A DNA stretch of 63,996 nt, filler included, from Dimargaris cristalligena (Eukaryota): the NCBI GenBank assembly GCA_003614675.1. It is 4 parts of 4 records of this genome, joined end to end, with 100 filler letters (N's around TTAATTAATTAA, not from the genome) between each part and the next. Parts side by side here need not be neighbours in the genome. Positions count along the whole stretch, not along the records: positions 1 to 16,286 come from ML002855.1; 3 more parts are not named here. One strand, 5' to 3'. Below, one piece after another: positions 1 to 12,432 of this stretch. Made by a program: the position numbers and the translations under genes. Under the pieces are notes generated by a model. It was not told where the DNA came from, made no database searches, and saw only the letters and a program-made list of their open reading frames with translations. The first letter of the stretch is position 1. Every line of letters starts with the position of its first letter.

Positions 1-485
1 CATATACTCGCATCGGGCACCAAAAAAAATCATGATCTACGTGTCCGAGTCTTCATATTGGTTAAATAATGCGTCAAGTGGTCAAACTCACATTCCTCAT
101 TTGAACACTTGTGCGACGGCTTGTCGTGAAGCAATATTTGCAGTTGAAACACCATAAGCAACCGACTCCGGCTATATATATATATATATATATATGAAAT
201 ACGCAATTACAAAGGCAGGTGATTCAAGCAGCCATTTCCTCTTTCACCATCACCTATAACATAATCGAAGCTGAATAACTCCCGGACACTTGCTTATAAA
301 TACCAATCCTCTCCCACCACACTTTAATTGATTACACACGACTTGTTTTCTTTCAACTGGACCTCACTTGAAATACCAACCACACCGCTTCAGTCTCTAT
401 CAACCTCATTTTTAACTTCGCCATTCTATTCGCTGTTTCCCAGTTGGAAAAGCTCCCGCCAAACCACTCGTTCGAAATTCCCGCG

Positions 486-2115
486 ATGAAGTCCGTAGGT
501 TATTCATTCACCCTGGTGGGCATGATGGTCGTGCACTGTGCCGTCGCTTACCCCCACCCCACCATCGAGTCCCCCGTACCCGAGTCGACTGGACTAATAG
601 TGGGAAAAAACCCGGTGTCTATTAGCATGGGGTACCCGACTGGTTTCCGTGACCCAAAGGCACTTCCGAGTACCATGCCTGGTGGGTTTGATAATGAATA
701 CGACGACGGGCAATTGGCCAGCCAAACTGAGAAACTCGCACGTCCCGACCAAGTTTAAGTGAAAGAACCCGCTAACCCGACTACCAAAGCCTTACCGTAT
801 GAATTGCTCGAGATGGTTGGTAAGCAACTCAACCCACTGGATTTGGCCCAGGTAGCCCAAGTTTCTAAAACAATTCGACCAATGCCCCTCGGCAACAAAG
901 GTTATACCAAAGCTGCCGATGTAAGTCTGCCCTTATTATGATCCCAAATGTAACCAAGTGGTGGAGACTGGCACATACCTTATCCGCCATCGAGAAAGGG
1001 TCAATTTTATCTTTATGGTCCATAGCACTTCCTCCCCACGGGATTGTTGCAGTACTGTAAACTAACCATGCACAATACCATGTTATTTTTACACTAATTA
1101 TCGATTTACGATCTCCCATGTTCATTCGACTTGGGCCGTCTAGGACAAGAAATACATACACCCCCAATTTACCGAATTACTTTCTAGAGAAAGTATAGAA
1201 CTTGACGAAGACATATTCCAAAATCTCATACGTGTTGAGTTTTCCAATACCGTGTTCCAGTGGCTCTACACTAAGATTTCCGGCGACTACGGAATTATGC
1301 CTAATGGTGAACCCTTATCTCATGACAACCAGCCTGGAGCTGACGATCAGGATACTATTTTAGCTCTACCCCGACTGGTACCGGGGCTTCAAGAGGTCTA
1401 CGCCGACTGGTGCTATGTGCGCTTTGACCAATTGAACCGACAGAAGCTTTCCCAGGTATTTCCCCTGGTTGAATTTGCCCTCTATAACGATGTGGAGCAA
1501 CTCTGGGACGTCACCCGGAAGTTAGCCAGGCGGCGTATTCCCAAAACCAATCTCCTAATGCGAGTAGTACCAATCGGTAACCTAATTGCCACTGACGAAA
1601 TGCTCGACTCCGAATTCGCTTCATATATATCTGACACCGGTGGTAATACGTTTTATACTTCCATGATCCCGATCATCACCGGTGCCCTGGCGGCGGCTAA
1701 GCAATTCGACAAATTGGGCACGTATATTGCCAAAATTCAGAGTTTTAGTACCCGGTCCTTTCAACTTATGAATTTCCTGGACCTGATGATCCTGGGATTC
1801 GACCTAACTGGCCTTGAGCAAGATGCTCTAGAGGAATTTGGATATAATAGACACCTTGTATACAGGTGTGCCGAGTATCTGGGCTTCCACCGGGCTTCCC
1901 AGAAGATTAATGAAGGATGTGGCCCGTTGAGAACTGTTTCCGGGATAAATTTCAGGCAGTGTATAGCCCATTATGGTGCATATGGCATGATCCACCTAAG
2001 AAGTGCCAGTCTCCCCGGTTTGAGTAGTGGTGGCGACACGTATCCCTCGGGATCTTTTCGGGCACTCCGGTCTGTTCTGCCTAGATATCCTGCATTGCCC
2101 GAGTCGGCCTTCTAG
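486..2115 (+). pseudogene. Signal-peptide + F-box-like protein, two exons (486-920, 1144-2115), with one in-frame TAA at 756-758
   Basis: ATG486 begins MKSVGYSFTLVGMMVVHCAVA (signal peptide). The same frame continues past TAA into LPYELLEMVGKQLNPLDLAQVAQVSK (F-box-like). A phase-0 GTAAGT..CTAG intron (921-1143) joins it in frame to ORF 1252-2115. Confidence 0.6.
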
Positions 2116-2994
2116 GACTAGGCTGTGGTCGAGCAGCTGATCAAATAAAGGCTCAGAATATTGGTTGGTTTGAAACTGAAAATCAGTTAGTTTGGTCCCA
2201 GGTCTCCTTCCTTGGTAACTCTATATTCAAAGCTCACTCGTAGTTTTGCATATCATAAGCTCCTCTTCACTGATATGAACATTTCAATAGAGCTATTAAA
2301 TATATAATCCAGAACTTGGTGATTCTATTAAATCTGGCGAACTATCATATGCGAGCAGTAAGAACTCGGCCGGTTTCAGGAATAAGAGCTTACTCGACAT
2401 TCAATAGGGTTGAGGACATCCAACACTGAATAAATGGTGGTTTAATTATAGTAAAATGAGGGGGGTGGATGTAGATACGGACGTAGCTCTGCAGTATCAA
2501 GGAGAGGCAAGATTCCCATTTCAGCCGTTCTCGATATGAAGGCTTGTGGGAGGGTGTCAGGAACCCCTACGAGGCGGTGGCCTATTAGTTACAAAAAAAA
2601 AACAGATAATAATTCATCAAGTTCATAAAACTAACGCAGTCGGTTAAGGAATATATAGTAAAAGCGAACAATTATGTGGCATCGCAATACATGGAGTGCG
2701 AAAGAGGAGTTGTCGTTGGATGGGATACGGAATTAGGAATTAGACCATATCCTAGTAAAGACTGGGCGAATACACCAATATTAACCAAATAGACCAAAGT
2801 GACTAGAAAATGGCCTAACCCAAGGACTTCTCCCTGACACCTGCCGTAGGTGTTTGTCAACACAGCTGATGGTGATTACAAATGCGATGTCATTGACAAC
2901 AAGAAACGTGAAAAATAAAAGTGGGGTATGAAATGGGGTAGAGTGATAATGGCACTGTTCCTCCTCCTCTCACGTATGAGCCATTCGACCCCCA

Positions 2995-3504
2995 CTATCT
3001 ATGGGCCGCCACGAAATTCTCAATCGATTTAGTCAGACCATCCTCGGACTCATACTCTTCAATTTCGACCCGACCCACGCCCCGTTTGTACATGAAAGGG
3101 GTAGGGTAACCGCCGGTATCCTTCTCGGCGCAGAAATCGCGGTGGTCGTCATTGAGCGCACAGTCGTACTGGTAGAAGTTGACCTGGGACAAGGATGATT
3201 CGCTATTCCCTTGGTTAGCCGGGTCGGCGTACTTGGCGGCCACGGCTTGCCACGTGGGGGCAAACCGTTTACTGTTACCGCACCAGTGGGCGTAGAAGGT
3301 AATGACCACAGGCACGTCGCTGTTTTCTACTTCGCTGCTGAAGTAGTTTTGGTCCAGTACGGTAATGTGCGCCGAGTAGAAGTGATCCGAAGGGTCCAGG
3401 GGGGCCCGGCGTTGAAGGGTGGTGGGCTGGGGGAGCGCCTGGGTGAACGTCACCAGGGAGGCCAAAACAGCCAAGGCGGTGGCACGGAACAGGTTTTGGA
3501 ACAT
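2995..3504 (-). CDS. Secreted single-domain thioredoxin/PDI-like protein, active site WCGNS
   Basis: Signal peptide; FYAHWCGNSKRFAPTW; YDC..C; GYPT cis-Pro motif; no HDEL/KDEL. Confidence 0.9.
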   Translation of the reverse strand: MFQNLFRATALAVLASLVTFTQALPQPTTLQRRAPLDPSDHFYSAHITVLDQNYFSSEVENSDVPVVITFYAHWCGNSKRFAPTWQAVAAKYADPANQGNSESSLSQVNFYQYDCALNDDHRDFCAEKDTGGYPTPFMYKRGVGRVEIEEYESEDGLTKSIENFVAAHR

Positions 3505-3845
3505 GATTTAGTTGGGAAAATAAAAAAGGTCGGGCGGGGAGAAATGTCAAGTTTGTGTAGTGCGGAATTAATAAGGGCGAAGGTGTCTTGGCAGGCCAAA
3601 GTCTCGAAGCAACTGAATAGCGGGGTGTTAAGATATATATATGTGTGAATATAGCTACTGCAATGGCTAGAAATAATATATTCAGTCGTTAATAAAGCGA
3701 GAGGAAATAGCAAGCTTCCGCATAAACTTAAATTGATAAAAACTAGGGATTTAAAGACGAAATAAAATCATAAGTTCGGGGTCATGGAAGGTGTAGAGGG
3801 GATGTGTAGTTTCTTTATACAACTGCTTGGTGAGAACGTGTATGG

Positions 3846-3871
3846 GTGTGTGTGTGTGTGTGTGTGTGTGT
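3846..3871. repeat. (GT)n microsatellite
   Basis: Direct dinucleotide run. Confidence 0.9.
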
Positions 3872-5956
3872 ATGGGCAGAGAGGGAGGAGGGAGGGGAGG
3901 GTGTCTGATGGGCAAACATGCGGAATAACTGACGGACAATGGGATCCCGAGGATTCGCCCCTACCACTCCTTCTTTGGGCCAATGGAAGAGGCAGAACAA
4001 GAAAAGGAGTGTAGGATCGTCCTTGATTTAGGTGATCCATTTAAAGCGAACGACTCCAGCCGTAGGCGAATGAGGGGGGAGCAAAAGACAGAGCAAGACT
4101 AATACATGTGGCCAGCAACAACCCCCTTCCTTCCCATACAGAGCCATACACACATTTCCTTTTCTTTTACCTTTAACCCGATATTGAGCCAAGGGCCGTT
4201 AGGTGAACTTGACTGTGTCCATCTCGCTAAGGCAGCAGAACAATAGGGTTAAACTACCGGCAGAAAGGACGACAGGCGGTGTCGAACATATTGCATCGGT
4301 CAGGGTAGGGAGAAAGGTGGACTGCCGTGTGTCGCTCTCATAAAAGCGAAGCAGGGGGCGGTCGAGCCCTTGGCTATTCTCCTGGCCCCCTGGCGGTCCA
4401 TTTTCCTTCATGATTGACCTTGTGGCAGGAAGAGAGAGGGGGTCTCACTGTAAGTACTCTACCGTCAATCGCAAACAACAGTGGGTGGGGCAGTATTTTC
4501 ACTCAATCGCCCTGATAAAAACCAATATCATACATATACGATCATGGCCCCCACTATTATCATGCCCAGCCACATCCTGCCTTATTTCCATTGAATAACC
4601 TGTTTTAAATATCTATATATTAACATGCAAATAGTATCCTAATTGAAATGAGTTTTTTACGTTCCTCACCCGCTTTGGGGATGCGTCGGGTTAAAAGTAG
4701 GTTAGAACTCCACACATGTTTGATAGATAAAAGCCAATAATAATCCTACGCCATTTTTTTTTATTGCTGGGCGTGATGGATTCATTTTAGGAGCTTGGTG
4801 AGGTGAGGTGATAGTGCCCTTCAACCTATCCCATTCGACCCACCCCGTGTCCACCATATTCGACGAATAGGAGGGGCCAGCCGCGCATCACTAAAATAGG
4901 ACATTATATTGAATACTATATAGCTCCAGTTACTGGATTATCCCCCCCCCACACTTTCTCAGTGGCCATTATGCCAGGAAAGTGTGGCAGCTTGATTATT
5001 GTAGATGGCAGTAGAAATGCGAAGGAGATGTAGTTGTCTCCATCTGATTTGCTACGTTCACCGTTTCGCTGGTGGTGGGGGGGCTACGTAGTTTGTTTTA
5101 CCCTAAAAAGGGTTGGGAATCATCTACACGCACTTTGAGAATTGCTGGGCTAAGTTGATTACCCAGAACCTGGGTGATCATTGGACCATACCAGTAAGCG
5201 CACTTTGCTACCAAACCCTTACAACACAATCACCCAGACCGGAAAGGCAGCGAACGGCCACGGTCCTAGTCGATCAAACAGAGAACTGATATAAATTAAA
5301 TTAAAAGGTGATATAAAGCGGGAGGCAATACCCATCGTCCCCAATTCTCTACATTTATATATACATGTGCGTGTGTGTGTGTGTGTAAACCACTGATCAT
5401 CATCTAAAGGCACACCCCCGGCGACAATAGTAATTATAAGCCATGCCTCACTGGGTCTGGTCGTAGTAATAATGATATCGGTATTTTAATATCTATTTAC
5501 AATTACAATGTTTAATATTAAGATGTACATGGGGTATACAAGTAAGTATAATAGCATCGCCATCAACTAAGTTCATCCTCCGCGATTATAAAAAGTCCCC
5601 GGGTCAGTCTTGGCAGAAGGAAAAGGACACAAGCGGCAGATTCGGATTCTTCCAAGTGATTATCTACTACTTAGGAAACCGACTGCTGGAATACTTGGAT
5701 GTCTCACGGTGGTTAAACCCAAAATACATATTGCGGACGTCCAAGCCAACGGCAAACCAGAGGTAAAGTAATACAGGAAAACCCCACCGCAACAAAAAAA
5801 AACCAATAACTAATGAAAACAATAAATTGGTAAAACTAGGATGGTATAAAGGGGTACTGCTAATCTAGACTAGGCCATTTTGTGGTAATGGCTACTAACA
5901 TAATTTTATATATATATATAACTTATTTTAAGCAACAGGATTAATTATAGTTTAGC

Positions 5957-6496
5957 CTATTCACCCAATGCTGGACAGGACGCAGCGGTTAAACCAAAAC
6001 TACTCACCGCACAGGCCTTCATCAGCTCGTAGGTGTTGAACTCCTTACATTCGCTCATGATTTGGCCGTTATTAATGGGGTACACCGTAGGCGGGTACAT
6101 GAGCTTCTCCGTCTTTTCGAATAAACCAATGGCGTCCTTATTGCAGTAGTCCAGGTTCTTTTGATCCCGTAGGCAGTTCATTTCGCCAAACGTGATGCCA
6201 CATTTCTTGAAATCACGGGCAAATCTACCGTATTCGGGCAGAAACTTCCGACTTTTGGGACACGAAGTATAGTAGAAAACGACCATGCGCTTGCCACTAC
6301 TACCTTGGTGGAACTCGGTGATGGTTTGGCTGCCGGTGACCGGAGAGGGTTGGGCCGCACCCAGAGCGTAGAGTGGCGTAGCCGCCGATTGACGCAAATC
6401 ATCAACTCCGTATACTATTTTGGATGTCGTCGCCGCTCCGGCAGTTGCGATACCCACACTAACCAGTAACAGGCAGATGGCGTTGGGGAAATACAT
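5957..6496 (-). CDS. Secreted thioredoxin-fold protein, active site SCPKS
   Basis: Signal peptide; VVFYYTSCPKSRKFLPEY; MNC..YC; YPPT; paralog of 2995-3504. Confidence 0.8.
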   Translation of the reverse strand: MYFPNAICLLLVSVGIATAGAATTSKIVYGVDDLRQSAATPLYALGAAQPSPVTGSQTITEFHQGSSGKRMVVFYYTSCPKSRKFLPEYGRFARDFKKCGITFGEMNCLRDQKNLDYCNKDAIGLFEKTEKLMYPPTVYPINNGQIMSECKEFNTYELMKACAVSSFGLTAASCPALGE

Positions 6497-8512
6497 GACG
6501 TGGTATTTGGAAGAGGGAGAGAGAGAGAGAGAAAGAGAGAGGAGGGGGGTGGTGGACTTGGGCTAGTCGGTTGACAAATATGACTTGAATAAATAATATG
6601 TATATATATTGGTGAAATATAAAAATGACTGCTTTTAGCTCGACAATCAATCGCTTACAAAAGATGGATTTAAAGAGATGGCCTATTCAACTGAACTTGG
6701 AAAATCACGGCCAATTGAATATATATAAATGGTAGGTAAGCTCAAGAAAAGCTGGCTAAATGTAACTAATAATAATATAAAAAAGGAGGGGGGGGTAAAT
6801 TATAAGTAATGGTGGGAGGGAACGGGCGTGGGTCTGGTTTTATATAAAGATACCACTGCCCCGTGGCCACCGGACATTGCTATGGACAGAAAGGGGGGGG
6901 GGCGAAGGGGAGAGGTTTTCAAGGCAAGGTCAGGGACAGCCGCGACCTGGGCCCCATTGACTGATTATCCGACCCAATGATAATTGGCCTTTACACCCCC
7001 TCACCATTCCTCTCTCCCGCTCCCGCTTTCACTTTCTTCCATTCTATTTTTATATTACTCTAGTATGTAATGGTTTACCGTCGACGCCTTGGCCCCTTTA
7101 TGCGACGGGGACCATGTCAATTAGGAACATCTTGGGTACCAATGGCAAGGCTCTCTCGGGTCACCCACAAAGGCTTCTTTGAATCCAAACCCATGTCTTT
7201 TCGAGCAACTAGGGGGGGAAGGATTCGGGGGACCCCGCCCCTCCTTTTCTTGGCATTGCCATTCTGTCTTGCCCCTTTTCCCTAATGGTAATGCTGTGAC
7301 CATGGTCTGAGTGTACATCTATCCCCCCTCCACTCGGCTAAATTTAATTTACATATGTTCCGCTCTATAATAGGGGTCGGCTAGGTTGGCATGGCTGTCC
7401 ACGTCGTCAGCAGTTACTATAGCTAAGGTTCACTATAGATATTTTCCGGTCCCATGTTTTAAAATAGATACATATATCTACTTGTATGAAAATATAACAT
7501 GGCCCATCTGTATTTCCACCCCCCTCCCTCTACTATTACATCTTGAGGTTTAGACAAATGTATTTGAGTGGTGTACTATTAATATTTATTACGGACATAT
7601 TGTATTTACAGGTTTAAGCAAAAATTTCAATAAACAGGGACATGTATTCAGGGTGAATAAAGTATTGCAAATACGGTCAGTGTTAAGCTAGCTAGAGTAG
7701 TGGGACAATGCGGGTGGGCCAAAACACTAAGCGAAATATATATATATACATGTCTAGCCGGCACACCTGCGGTATTCGTCAAGGGAAAAACTCAACCGAT
7801 ACGGTGGTTTTTTAGGCATATGTAGTGCCGTGAGAACGTCGGTTATCGGCCTTCAGTATCCGGGTCTCAATTCACCCGTTGATTCTTAGGTTAACCTGAT
7901 GATTATTGAATATTACAATGCTTACGACTGTTTTTTTATCAAATATTAACGATTACGATCGATATGACGAATTTTATGAGAAATATTCCACGCCTTTCGG
8001 GAAGTCAACTCCCGATTTATTATTTGATATTCATGACAACGGCCATGTGCCATGACAGCTTTGCGACCATATTCTGGATTATGTTATGAGCCTCGGTATT
8101 ATTTATAACGGCCGATTTACGACCTCAGTTCGAGGAGCCCTCTTCCTGCAACGGAAAACAATATTTTGTTCACAACTCCTATTACCTTTACGACTACTTC
8201 TATAATAAATAAAAACTTATACTATATTTCTTTACTCGAAAAATGCATAAACATCCAATACTTTCTCTTCAATGTCACGCCTCCCTACTCGTTCCTCCGG
8301 ACCTAGCGTCCCACCTTCGTCCGGCCCGGGTACCCCGCCGTCCACGCCCCAGCGCTCTGCACCTGAGCAGGGCACGCCAACTGACATTCCAAATCCTAGC
8401 GGTGGATTGGGTAACCCCGACGTCAATATACATAGCTGATGATGGTGAGGGGTTGGGGTTGGGCTAGAGTTGAATAAGCTAACGACGATGAGGGCAATAG
8501 GGCCACCCCCAA

Positions 8513-9166
8513 CTAAGCGGTAATTTTGTGATAGATATATTTGACCCTATCGACCAGTCCGCTCGGTCTCATTTTATCGAGCTTTTTGTTCATGTTCGTT
8601 TGGAGTTCGGGCACATCATCGCCCCGGGTGAACTCTTCCTTCTTACCGTAAGCGTAAGCGATGAGGGTAGGATAACCTTCGTCGGTTTGTTCAGCACAGA
8701 ACTGCTCATTGCCCGGTTGAATACAATCCACTTCATAGTATCGGATAGCCGGTCGGCGGGAATCCGACCTCTTTTCCGCTTTTGAATCACCTCCACCCGC
8801 ACCATCATCATCAACACGGTTGTTGGCTCGGTGGTCCTTCGAGTCGTCGGAATTGGGGCTATGCTCTTCCGCTTCCTCCTTCTTTCCACCGCCCAGACCG
8901 AGCATTTCGTCCCATACCCATTTGAATTTCTTGCTGTAGGGGCACTTGTGGGAGTAAACCACTACTACGGTGGCCTGCTCAGAAGATACGGGGGGATTAA
9001 AATTGGCAACGTCGAGTACCGGCGAATTTTCGAGGTGGAGAAATTCGTCCCACCTTGGGTCCAGGTCGATCTTCTCCGCTTTGTCTGCAACGGCGGCCGG
9101 GTTAGTGATGCTGCCAACGACAATGAGAGCGAGGAGCAACCCATGGTAATTGGTATGTAGCAGCAT
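8513..9166 (-). CDS. Secreted thioredoxin-fold protein, active site KCPYS, with acidic/Gly insertion
   Basis: ATG9166 followed by a hydrophobic signal; VVVYSHKCPYSKKFKWVW; VDC..FC; GYPTL. Confidence 0.85.
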   Translation of the reverse strand: MLLHTNYHGLLLALIVVGSITNPAAVADKAEKIDLDPRWDEFLHLENSPVLDVANFNPPVSSEQATVVVVYSHKCPYSKKFKWVWDEMLGLGGGKKEEAEEHSPNSDDSKDHRANNRVDDDGAGGGDSKAEKRSDSRRPAIRYYEVDCIQPGNEQFCAEQTDEGYPTLIAYAYGKKEEFTRGDDVPELQTNMNKKLDKMRPSGLVDRVKYIYHKITA

Positions 9167-11415
9167 AGGGTGGGGATGCGTATAGCTCGTACGAAATGAA
9201 AAGGGTGCTCTATAGGTGAGAGAAGGATAGGAGGAACACCGGGATAACCGAGGAGGTGCGGGGTCACACTTCAGTCTGATGGAGATAATATATCTATGTA
9301 ACGAATATCTAGAGATGCTGCTAAAAATTGAAATCGAGGATAGCAATGCCTAATAGAAGGTGGACGACGGGGTTTATCAATTGGAAGGAGTAGAGGGATG
9401 TAACAGCGCATTTAAAGAGTCATTACTATAGCCGACTCTCGTACAGTCTAGTTGCTGGAGTACGATAACCTGTATATTAGTGTCGCGCTGCCCGGGAAGG
9501 GAGACTCGGTCTATTTATGACCCGCGAGAGTCACCTAGGCTACAGGAGGGGAAGGTGGATATATCATCCGCTCGTTTAGGTTCTAGACTGGCAGAAATAA
9601 TGAGTGGTGTGCGAGGCTTATGCATATACATCCGGAATTCCAAGTAGGGATCCCCATTGTCTTTCCGAACTTGAGGAGGAGGAGGTAGAGGTAGAAGGGT
9701 GAGGGTGGGGGAAGGGTGCCCCTGAAGTGGATAAATATTAGGCCGCCAAATTTGGGGCGTTTTTTGATTTAGACTGGCTTAGTCTCGGACCTACTCGCGT
9801 TTCAAAATGTTATCCGAAAATGCCAAGCTGGAGACTACTATACAGTTGGCTTGTCGATAAAGGAATAGGGTATTTATATAGCCACAGATTCGGGGCTTTT
9901 AAGCCTGATGATTTAATTAAAGGATTGAAGAAGCCGGTGTGGCTCGGGCTGGGTCAGCGAAAAGGTGGAGGGTATACTTCGGGTAGACAGAGAGGGGTGC
10001 ACATTTCTCCCTTCGGAACAGGCCGGGGAGAATAAGGGGAAGGGAGGGCTAATAATGGCAAGAGTCGAGAACAGGGACCGACTCTACCGTATGGGTCGGT
10101 GGGGGTACACTACAGCCCAAAGAGTGGTAAGTATAACACGGCCCAAAGGAAACGGAAACACATCTTAGCCCAGCCAATCAACAAGTGTGCGAGTGAAAGT
10201 GAAAGTGAAAAAGTGAAAGTGAAAGTGAAGGTGAAAGGTGCGGGAGGGAGGGAATATTCCGATTTCGAGTGGATTGGGCAAGCCAATTATTCCTCGTCCC
10301 CTTATTAACCCCCCCCTTCTCTCTCGAACTAAACGTTTATACGCCCGCTGTGTCCTCTTCTCTTTGGGGCTTTCGGTGTCGGACAACTGGCCAGCAATAA
10401 GTCTCTGTGTTACTATCATTCGTCCGAGGAAGGGGGGGACCACCTGGGCTATATCAACGGATGGGACACGATGGAGGGTGGTAGTCCCTAAAGGCGCGGG
10501 AGAGCAGTGTCGACTTTAGCCATTCCGTGAAGACTTCTGTGTATCGCTGTAAATTCACAATAGGCATTGGCGATAGCCAAAGACCCCTAGAAGAGAGAAG
10601 GTCCCTCCCTCCGTCCATCCTCTCTTGGCCTAATCGACAGCCGAGAGTCAAACTTCTCCTGTGAAGCAATGAACGACGGCAAGAATCCCGGCCCTTGCTA
10701 TAATCCCAACCTCCTTGACGACTCGTTTGCCATTTGAACCACGTAGACAGGGCGCGGCGGATTCGCAAAAAATCCATTTCACCTGTCGCAATGGCATATC
10801 GGTTAAGTAAAAAAGGGTACACACCCTTCATATAATCTCCTAATATTTATTTTTATGTAGACGATTTCCATCCCTGTGAAACATGCTCTTTTATAGACGG
10901 TGTGGTTAGGTGGAATATTATAGCGGATAAGATGGGTGGTGGAGATATTTGTATATAAATTAAAATGTATATTCTTATGTAGGCAATTATTAAGGGTGAT
11001 GCCCCTCCCCAAGTAAATTCGCCAATGTAAGGCAGTAAACGAATAGGAGTTGACCTCCTACAACTCCCTTGGGAACCTTCTTTTTGGGATATTAAGAGGA
11101 CAATAAAACGACCCCTCGACTAAAATTAAATAGAAATCAATGTGGGATTCAATTCGACGGGCAAGTGGGAAGAAATGAGGAGGGGGGTCTCAAGACGCAG
11201 TCCACTTGTAACTAAAACTGGAATAAGTTAGGTGGAATTCGAAAAATACAAATGAGGAAAAAGGGTGGATATATATATATATATATATAGCAGGTATATC
11301 AATAACGGGGAGTATTAGAAAGGGAGAGAGCCCCCCAAGGGGGATGAAGTAACCATAGATGGTATATATGTGGAAGGGAGGGGGTTCAAAACACGACCCC
11401 TGTAGGTATTAGAAT

Positions 11416-12432
11416 CTATACCACCTCGACCATCGAAGGTTCAGTACTCTCGCCGACATTGCCATTTGTAACAGCAGCAGCAGCAGCAGCGGCGGCGGCG
11501 GCTTTCTTAGCGGGCCGGTGGGTATATACGTAAAACTGGTAGAAAATGGTGAAATCAAAGGCCAGGGTACCCGCACTACCCAACATCCACGGCAGATTGA
11601 CCAGAAGGTGGCGGGGTTCGAGCGAGTAGCACAGGATCGAGAGGCAAAAGGTACTGTTACCAACGACACAGAAGACGAACATGGTAAGGGCCAGACCTTC
11701 GCATGATTTGCTCCGGTAGTTCTTCACGATTTGGGGGATACGGGCGCCGATGTATAGCACAACCGAAGTCCAGGCGCAGAACTGGGCGAACAACCGGAAC
11801 TGGGGGGGGTTACCATGACCGGGTAGAGGTGGGTGTGGGGTCGCGGGGAGCTCGGACGGGGGCTGGGTGGCGGGAACCGCGCTGGTATAATAATAGTAAA
11901 CACCCCAGCAACACGAGACGGCGAGAAGGGCCAGGCCGAGGGGCAGGAGCCACTGGGACCGGGCCGCTTCCGGTGATTTGGCCGGTTGAGAACCGGAGGT
12001 GGTGGTTGGCTCGGCGACTAAAGTGCTGGTACGACTCGCGGACACCGCCGTCTCGGGTAGCAGTAGTGGGGTAGCTTCGGAAGCGGTGGTGGGGGGTTTC
12101 AGTAGCGGACTGCTCTCGGTGGAACCGGCCTCTACCGGCTGAGCGTAGTGGTTCTTGCGGTAGTAGTAGATGTATTGACCAATCATGAGCACATCGAATA
12201 GGACAAAGTAGAAGGATAGCAGGATAGTCGTGAGGAGTACATCCTGGAAAACGGAACCGAGCAGGTTGAAGATATCGCCCACTACCCATAATAACAGGAA
12301 ATGGATGGAAAGCGACTCGGCATTGCCGCGTTGGTAGTTCTCGTAGAGCTGGGGCACGAACACGATGATCCAGGTGCCGATGGACATGTACCCGAACACC
12401 CGGGACAAAATGACGTTAAGTGCATCGAGCAT
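11416..12432 (-). CDS. PQ-loop vacuolar cationic amino-acid transporter (Ypq1/PQLC2 family)
   Basis: Two PQ motifs (IVFVPQLYENY, GARIPQIVKNYRSKSCEGL) and multiple TM helices; start at ATG12432. Confidence 0.92.
   Translation of the reverse strand: MLDALNVILSRVFGYMSIGTWIIVFVPQLYENYQRGNAESLSIHFLLLWVVGDIFNLLGSVFQDVLLTTILLSFYFVLFDVLMIGQYIYYYRKNHYAQPVEAGSTESSPLLKPPTTASEATPLLLPETAVSASRTSTLVAEPTTTSGSQPAKSPEAARSQWLLPLGLALLAVSCCWGVYYYYTSAVPATQPPSELPATPHPPLPGHGNPPQFRLFAQFCAWTSVVLYIGARIPQIVKNYRSKSCEGLALTMFVFCVVGNSTFCLSILCYSLEPRHLLVNLPWMLGSAGTLAFDFTIFYQFYVYTHRPAKKAAAAAAAAAAVTNGNVGESTEPSMVEVV

Noticed and set aside
756-758. Stop-codon reassignment or selenocysteine explanation for the in-frame stops
   Set aside because: TAA and TAG terminate normal genes in this window, the lesions fit point mutation, and no suppressor anticodon is present in the array.
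3001-3648. Antisense and overlapping ORFs over real genes (also 29117-29647, 40237-40968 and others)
   Set aside because: Shadow frames of GC-rich coding sequence.
5591-5630. AAAGTCCCCGG..GGCAGA, resembling RNase MRP CR-I
   Set aside because: No closing P8 stem and no downstream CR-V (ACnnnGGGGCT) partner.
8232-8426. GC-rich minus-strand stretch with AGGTCCGGAGGAA (SRP helix 8-like) and a 64-aa ORF
   Set aside because: No proper GNRA-capped helix or AGCAG motif; the ORF lacks an ATG start and recognisable homology.
10195-10237. (GAAAGT)n hexamer giving ESES/KVKV ORFs
   Set aside because: Simple repeat in intergenic DNA.
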